This document shows, piece after piece, positions 57,650-64,000 of a stretch of 64,000 bases of DNA (positions are counted from its first letter, which is position 1; every line of letters starts with the position of its first letter). The notes beneath the pieces were generated by a model. The model was given only the letters and a program-made list of their open reading frames with translations. It searched no databases and was not told where the DNA came from. The position numbers and the translations under genes are program-made. The stretch lies in the NCBI GenBank assembly GCA_965198115.1, contig OZ240241.1:768001-832000 (forward strand). The letters run 5' to 3'. This DNA comes from Candidatus Latescibacterota bacterium (GTDB taxonomy: Bacteria > Latescibacterota > UBA2968).

Positions 57650-60074
57650 ATGCGATGCCCAGCTCTCACAGCCGCTCTCTTTCTGGGTCTCGGAGTCGCC
57701 CTGGGGCAGGAGGCGGGACTCACGACGCCGTTGCTCCTGTCGCTGGCCGCCGCCGTCTGGCTCGTCGCGATTCTGAGGCTGGTTCACCGGCCCGACCGTC
57801 CTGGATCGGGACATTGGGTGATGGGGCTGATTGTCCTTTGCGGGGCCCTGCGTGCTGACCAGGACGCGCTCGATCCCTCTCCTCATCTGGCGGGAAATCC
57901 GGTCGAGCCATTCGGGGGCACTGTTTTGTCCGCTCCCGAGCCACGTCCCAAGGGATCGCGGGTCACGATCGATCTCCTCTGGGCAGGGCCGGATGGCCGG
58001 CCCGCGCGGGGCACCGTGCTCGTTCATTTTCGGGATTTCACACCCGATCTGCGGCCGGGGGACCGGATCCAGGTAGAGGCTGCGCTGGAAAGGCCCACAT
58101 CGGCGCGCAACGCGGGTGTGTTCGACTACGCAGCCTACCTGCGCGGGCGAGGCATCCATCGAACCGCCCGAGTCAAGCGTCGCGACCTGGTTCACGTGAT
58201 CGAGACAGGCTACGTCGGTTTGAGCGCGCGCGTCATCGGGTCGATCCGCCGGCACGTGCGAGTGTGCATTGGACGCAACCTGACCGGTGCACCGGCTGCC
58301 GTGCTCCAGGGAGTGCTGCTGGGTGATCGAAGCGCGTTGGAGGACGATGTCCGTGCGACCTTCACGCGGGCAGGTGTCGCACACGTCCTGGCTGTCTCGG
58401 GTCTGCACGTGGGACTGATCGCGGCGGGCGCGTTCTTCGTTCTGAGGGCCCTGGGGTGTGGGAGACGGATCACGGGTTGCGTGACGCTGCTGGTTGTCTG
58501 GCTCTATGCCGCTGTGACGGGCGGTTCTCCATCGGTGATACGGGCCGCGACGATGGCGACGACCGTCCTCGGGGGCGGTCTTCTCGATCGTGAAGGGAAC
58601 GCGCTGAACGGGTTGGGGTTCGCAGCGTGCCTCCTGCTCGCCTGGCGTCCGGGCGACCTGCAGGACGTGGGATTTCAGCTCTCGTTCGGGCGCGACGGCA
58701 GGCATTCTGCTTTTCTTCCGTCCCATCCGCGACAAGCTGCCGTTGAAAGCGTCGGCGCTCGGCAAGGTGGTGTTCGATCCGCTGGTTGTGTCTCTGGCGT
58801 CCCAGATCGGCACGCTCCCGATCGTGATGGGCGTCTTTGGTGTGGTTTCGATCGTCGGACTCGTGGCGAACCTGGTGGTTGTTCCTCTCTTCGGCGTTGC
58901 CACGGGTCTCGGTCTGGGTGCGGTCGTCGCCGGGTCGCTGTCGTCGATCGCCGGAACAGTGCTGAACGGCGCCAGCTGGTTGTTTCTATCGATGGGTCTC
59001 CGGCTGACGGCTCTGGCCGCCGCGCCCTCGTGGGCGATCCTGATGACTCCTCCACTGACCGGGCCGCTGATCGTGGCGTATGTCTGTTTCTGTCTGCTGA
59101 TCGCGGAGGAGGTGCGGCGTTCCTACGGGTGGGTCTGTCTGTGCGGGGGACTTCTTGCGCTGAATTTTCAGGTGTGGGACGGCGTCTTGCGGCGGGCAGA
59201 TCGGTTGGAGATGCACGTTCTGGATGTCGGTCAGGGGGACGCGATTTTTCTCCGGTTCCCGAACGGGCGTACGATGCTGGTGGATGGAGGACCGCGTCTC
59301 CGAGGATGGGACGCGGGGGAGCGCGTCGTGCTCCCGTTTCTGCGTCATTCAGGCGTCACGCGGATTGATGCGGTCGTTGGGTCGCATCCCCACAGTGATC
59401 ACATCGGTGGACTGGTTACGATCCTCGAACAGATGCCCGTGGGGACGTATATCGACGCCGGTCAACCCTACGATTCGTGGATGGCCGGCCGCATCCGAAC
59501 GGCCGTGGAGCAGCAGGGGATCCGCCACGTGGTGGTCGCGGCCGGTGATTCGATTTCGGGTCTGGGCGGCTGGGGAGGTGTCGTTTTGCTTCCGACCGCC
59601 AATTTCGTGAACGTGGAAGGACCCGCGCCTGTCGGGTTGAACAATGGTTCGGTTGTCATACGGCTGACACGAGGAGAGGATCAGAGCATCCTGCTGACCG
59701 GAGACACGGAGCACGAGACGGACCGGACCCTTATGGCGTGGGGCGAGCGGGCAAGGGGAAGAATCCTGAAGGTCGCCCACCACGGCTCGCGAACATCGTC
59801 ATCGCCGGCTTTTCTGGAAGCTGTACGACCGGAAGTCGCGCTGATTTCGTGCGGGATCGATAACAAGTTCAAACACCCATCGCCCGAAGTTCTACGTCGA
59901 TACGGCGCACGGGAGGTGCGTGTCGAGCGGACGGATCTGGTCGGAGCGGTCCGCGTTTGGATCGACGATGACGGGTACGGAGTTGGAACGTGGTTGGGTA
60001 AAACAGCAACGGCGGATGTGCGTGGACTCAGCACATCCGCCGTAGACTTAGAGGGCGGAGGAAGCACCCCGTGA
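57650..60074 (+). CDS. comEC: DNA internalization competence protein ComEC/Rec2, frameshift near 58690
   Basis: GVAHVLAVSGLHVG and GFQLSF in the first ORF; LDVGQGDA, SHPHSDHIGG, KVAHHGS in the second; extra G in TTCGGGCGC. The true stop may be near 60001. Confidence 0.92.
60009..60043. terminator. Perfect 13-bp hairpin at the 3' end of comEC
   Basis: ACGGCGGATGTGC-GTGGACTCA-GCACATCCGCCGT; no clear U tract. Confidence 0.45.
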
Positions 60075-60528
60075 CGCGACGTATGGGATGCATCTCAGGA
60101 TTCCGACGCTCTGATTTTAGACGGACCTGAACCTGGCGCTATCTCCCCCAATAACGCCCGGTATGGTCCGAACAGAGCTAAGACTCCACCTTACGCGCGA
60201 AGCGAGATACCTCTCCGCCCAAATGGCGTCCGAGCATGCGGCTCGGATTCACTCGAGATCGTGTGTTGTCTTTCGGGTCAGACATTGAAACGACATCGTT
60301 GCGGGGGAGTTCGTCAGGAAGAACTTCGACTGCAGCGGGGGGGGGGTGGGTTTGAAAGGAGGGGGATGACAAAGTGGCGTAAAAGCGATGCGGTTGATTG
60401 TGCCATTTTGTCTGAAAATCCTCCTGGATGTTACCCGTCCCGACCGAGCTGGTGCGATGCGCAAGAAATACGCATATCCTCCTGTAGATAAAGGAGATAG
60501 ACACTTCCTGTCTTCAATATGCGTAGGC

Positions 60529-60557
60529 AATATAAGCGGGTGATCAGAGAGCGTCAA
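60529..60557 (-). promoter_or_regulatory. Putative sigma-70 promoter with no convincing downstream protein gene
   Basis: TTGACG-N17-TATATT with an A-rich upstream region. Confidence 0.6.
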
Positions 60558-60817
60558 GTACTTATTTCCGCATTTTTCCGGCCTGTAGAGCCGCTTTTGC
60601 GATAAGGTCTTGTAACACAAAAGCATCGTTATCGAAACTTTTTTTGATGCGCATTTTTAGGCACAAACGGCCTCCACACGCAGTGCGAGATCGTGCGAAA
60701 AAAGATGCGGGTCACAAGCTGCATATATGACAAGTGTTTACTGTCGGCAGGCGCCGGTGTTGGGGAGTGGATCGGAGCGGTCAGTCTGACCGTGCTCAGC
60801 TTTTGCTCGGGCCGCGA

Positions 60818-61780
60818 TCACTCCTCCCACTTACCCATGCGACTGAATTTTTCGATGCGGCTGGGGACGATCTCGTCGAGCGGCCGCCGGGAGAGGTTTT
60901 CGATGGCCGACACGATTGCCTGCTTCAGGTGGGTGGCCGCGAGGGCTGGATCTTTGTGGGCTCCACCGAGGGGTTCGGGTACGATTTCGTCGACGATACC
61001 GAGTTCGACGAGATCCTGGGCGGACATTTTCATGTTTTCGGCCGCGACCTCTTTTTTGTCGCGGTCTCGCCACAGGATGAGCGAGCACGAATCGGGGTTG
61101 ATGACCGAGTACCACGCGTGCTCCATCATCAGAATCGTGTCCCCCACGCCGATGCCGAGAGCACCCCCGCTCGCCCCTTCGCCGATGATGGCGATCACGA
61201 TGGGGACGCGCAGCCGTGCCATGTCGAACAGGTTACGGGCGATGGCCTCGGCGACGCTCCGTTCTTCCGACCCGATGCCGGGGTAAGCTCCCGGTGTGTC
61301 GACGAGGCAAACGATCGGTCGCTGGAACTTTTCCGCCATCTTCATGAGACGAAGGGCCTTCCTGTAGCCCTCGGGATGGGCCATGCCGAAGTTGCGGTGA
61401 AGGTTTTCCTTCGTGTTGCGCCCCTTCTGCTGTCCGATTAGCATCACGGGTCGGTCTTCGATCCTTCCCAGACCAGCGATGATGGCGGGGTCGTCCCGGT
61501 AGAGCCGATCACCGTGGAGTTCGACGAAATCGGTGACGATCAGGTCGATGTAGTCTTTGGTGTAGGGGCGCTGTGGATGACGCGCAATCTGGACTTTTTG
61601 CCAGGCACTCAGGTCGTTGTATATCTCGTTCCTGAGCTTGTCGAGCCGCTGGTTGAGGGCCGCAATCTCGGCCGACACGTCCACGTGCTCGGACTCCGCG
61701 TGGGCGGTCATCTCCTCAATCTTTTGCTCGATCTCTTCGAGCGGTTTTTCAAAATCGAGGTAAGGTTTGCCGTTCGGCAT
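60818..61780 (-). CDS. accA: Acetyl-CoA carboxylase carboxyltransferase alpha subunit
   Basis: [37 protein letters not shown]. Confidence 0.98.
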   Translation of the reverse strand: MPNGKPYLDFEKPLEEIEQKIEEMTAHAESEHVDVSAEIAALNQRLDKLRNEIYNDLSAWQKVQIARHPQRPYTKDYIDLIVTDFVELHGDRLYRDDPAIIAGLGRIEDRPVMLIGQQKGRNTKENLHRNFGMAHPEGYRKALRLMKMAEKFQRPIVCLVDTPGAYPGIGSEERSVAEAIARNLFDMARLRVPIVIAIIGEGASGGALGIGVGDTILMMEHAWYSVINPDSCSLILWRDRDKKEVAAENMKMSAQDLVELGIVDEIVPEPLGGAHKDPALAATHLKQAIVSAIENLSRRPLDEIVPSRIEKFSRMGKWEE

Positions 61781-61782
61781 CG

Positions 61783-62985
61783 CTACGGTTCCTGAATCGA
61801 ATGGACGGCACTCCGAACCCGGTCGAGGGCATCAATCAGCTGATCCTCGGGCAGGGTGTATGAGAACCGCACGTAGCCTGGCGCGCTGAAGCCCGTTCCC
61901 GGGACGGCAGCGACGCCCACTTCCTCCAGTAGATATCGGCAGAAGCCCACATCGTCCGGGATAGCATCTCCCAGCAGGCCCGTGATATCGGGGAAGACGT
62001 AGAAGGCGCCCCTCGGACGGGGGCAGACGATCCCATCGAGTGCGTCGAGTGTGTCTGCGATCGTGTTCCTGCGGCGCTCGAAGGTTGCCCTCATTTCGGC
62101 GACGGCGTCCTGGGGTCCCTCGAGGGCGGCGATCGCAGCGTGCTGGGAAATCGTGCAGGTGTTCGTCGTTTCCTGGCTCTGAACTTTGGCGATGTGGGAG
62201 ACCCATTCCCTGGGGCCGGCGCCGTATCCGACCCGCCAACCCGTCATGGCATAGGTTTTCGAGAACCCGTTGACCGTTAAACACCGGTCCACGACATCGG
62301 CATTCAGGGCGGCGATCGAGACGTGCTCGCCGTTTCCGTAGATGAAGTGCTCGTAGATCTCGTCGGAGATCGTGAACACTCCTGCATCCGCGATCAGGTC
62401 GGCCAGCGTCTGGAACCGGGCACGATCGTAGATCCCCCCCGTCGGATTGCACGGGCTGTTGAAGATGATCAGCTTCGACCGGTCGGAGAGCGCGGACATC
62501 AATTGACCGGGTGTGAGACAGAATCCGCCTTCTGGATCGGTCGGGACGATAATCGGGATGCCGTCCATCAGTTTGACCTGGTCGGCGTAGCTGACGTAGA
62601 GCGGTGCGGGAAGGATGACTTCGTCGCCCGGGTCGACGAGAGCGACGATGGCGTCGAAGATGACCTGCTTGGCCCCGCAGGTGACGACGATCTGCGACGT
62701 GTCGTAGCCGAGACCGTTTTCGCGCTCGAGCTTCCGGACGATGGCTTCTTTGAGCTCGATCAGACCGGAAGCGGGTACCGTGTATTTGGTCTTGCCATCG
62801 CGGATGGCCTTGATGCCGGCTTCCTTGATGTGGTCGGGTGTGTCAAAATCGGGTTCACCGGCGCTCATGGTGATGACGTCGCGACCCTGTCGAACGAGGT
62901 CGGCGGCCAACGCGGTCGTCGCCACGGTAGCAGAGGGCTCCATCGCGCGAACCCTGGAAGCGTATACGTGTTGGGAATCCGACAC
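61783..62985 (-). CDS. PLP-dependent aminotransferase class I (aspartate aminotransferase-like)
   Basis: [37 protein letters not shown]. Confidence 0.95.
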   Translation of the reverse strand: MSDSQHVYASRVRAMEPSATVATTALAADLVRQGRDVITMSAGEPDFDTPDHIKEAGIKAIRDGKTKYTVPASGLIELKEAIVRKLERENGLGYDTSQIVVTCGAKQVIFDAIVALVDPGDEVILPAPLYVSYADQVKLMDGIPIIVPTDPEGGFCLTPGQLMSALSDRSKLIIFNSPCNPTGGIYDRARFQTLADLIADAGVFTISDEIYEHFIYGNGEHVSIAALNADVVDRCLTVNGFSKTYAMTGWRVGYGAGPREWVSHIAKVQSQETTNTCTISQHAAIAALEGPQDAVAEMRATFERRRNTIADTLDALDGIVCPRPRGAFYVFPDITGLLGDAIPDDVGFCRYLLEEVGVAAVPGTGFSAPGYVRFSYTLPEDQLIDALDRVRSAVHSIQEP

Positions 62986-62987
62986 GA

Positions 62988-64000
62988 TCAGGTCGTGTAT
63001 TCCGCGTTGATGCGGACGTAGTCGTAGGTGAGGTCGCAGGTGTAGAGGGTGGCTCCGGCGGGACCGGCGTCGAGATCGATGTCTATCGAGATTTCGTCGG
63101 CGCCGAGTGCTTCGACGGCCGCGTCGTGGTCGAACGGAACGCCTCCACCCGATGCGTAGATGGGGATACTCACAATCGAGACCGCCGCTCGATCCGGGTC
63201 AAAGTTAACGCCCGAGTAGCCCGCAGCGCAGAGGATGCGTCCCCAGTTGGGGTCTCGGCCGAACACGGCTGTCTTGACGAGGTTCGAGTTGGCGACCGAC
63301 AGGCCGACGGTGCGGGCATCCTCCTCATTTTGTGCGCCTCGAACCTCGATCGTGATGAGCTTGGTGGCGCCTTCGCCGTCGCGGGCGATCTGTCGGGCGA
63401 GGCTCGTGCAAACCTGCTGAAGAGCCGAAGCGAACGGTTCGACGTTGCCGTCGGATAGGGTGGCGCCCGACGCACCGTTGGCCAACACGAGTACCGTGTC
63501 GTTCGTGCTCATGTCACCGTCGACGGTGATGCAGTTGAAAGATCGCTGGACGGCGGCGGTGAGCTGGCTCTGGAGTTCCGAGGCTGGGAGTGCGGCATCG
63601 GTGACGACGAACGAGAGCATGGTCGCCATGTTCGGGGCGATCATTCCCGCGCCCTTGGCCATGCCGCTGACCGTCACCGTCGACCCCTCGACATCGAACG
63701 AGGCCGAAGCCGTTTTGGGCCGTGTGTCGGTCGTCATGATGGCCTCGGCTGCATCTTCCCAACCCGTCTCGCCGAGGCTCTTCACCGCGTCCTGAGCTCC
63801 CTTCAACAGGACGTCCATGGGCAAGGGCACACCGATCACGCCTGTGGAGTTGACGAGGACATCGTCGGCGGAGATGGACATCGTGTTCGCCAATTCGTGC
63901 GCCGTGCGAGCCGCATCCTGTTCCCCCGGTTCACCCGTACACGCGTTGGCGTTCCCGCTGTTGACGATGATGGCGCGGGCCGTTCCGGACTTCAGGTGAG
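62988..64000 (-). CDS. argJ: Bifunctional ornithine acetyltransferase/N-acetylglutamate synthase, 5'-truncated by the window edge
   Basis: NSGNANACTG, STGVIG, IMTTDT, AKGAGMIAPNMATML, DGEGATK, DPNWGRI, INAEYTT. Confidence 0.97.
   Translation of the reverse strand, partial: HLKSGTARAIIVNSGNANACTGEPGEQDAARTAHELANTMSISADDVLVNSTGVIGVPLPMDVLLKGAQDAVKSLGETGWEDAAEAIMTTDTRPKTASASFDVEGSTVTVSGMAKGAGMIAPNMATMLSFVVTDAALPASELQSQLTAAVQRSFNCITVDGDMSTNDTVLVLANGASGATLSDGNVEPFASALQQVCTSLARQIARDGEGATKLITIEVRGAQNEEDARTVGLSVANSNLVKTAVFGRDPNWGRILCAAGYSGVNFDPDRAAVSIVSIPIYASGGGVPFDHDAAVEALGADEISIDIDLDAGPAGATLYTCDLTYDYVRINAEYTT

Noticed and set aside
60075-60817. tmRNA, RNase P RNA, SRP RNA or tRNA in the large intergenic gap
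   Set aside because: I could not find their conserved terminal or core motifs by eye. An Rfam search would be needed to exclude divergent forms.

Overview
GC-rich bacterial chromosome segment. The four PhyH-family dioxygenases, three Gfo/Idh/MocA oxidoreductases and DUF6785-type membrane protein suggest a Latescibacterota/Poribacteria-like organism, but this is inference only. Left end: fliL, an AmmeMemoRadiSam B-A fusion and a >780-aa helicase-associated-domain gene that the ORF track misses, plus a flagellin gene under a near-consensus sigma-28 promoter, followed by purB. Middle (about 14-48 kb): catabolic accessory genes (PhyH, RraA, lactonases, dehydrogenases, amidohydrolase + Rieske ferredoxin, sugar ABC transporter, MATE) with trxB and speD. 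Right end: housekeeping genes (gatAB, tatA, pssA, psd, degP-like, truA, ecfT, comEC, accA, aminotransferase, argJ). Five IS elements can be delimited by their ends and target duplications (three IS256, two near-identical ISL3). Three of them split genes that can be rebuilt in frame: flagellin, a PhyH enzyme, and a soluble FliG-C-terminal/MotA-cytoplasmic-domain fusion, which is the most unusual protein here. Other candidates are a roughly 365-nt structured flagellin leader with CsrA-type GGA sites, an orphan promoter-driven structured RNA near 60.3-60.5 kb, and a possible amidohydrolase-fold oxygenase. About ten single-base frameshifts, mostly in short homopolymers, are probably long-read consensus errors. 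No rRNA, tRNA or CRISPR array was seen.
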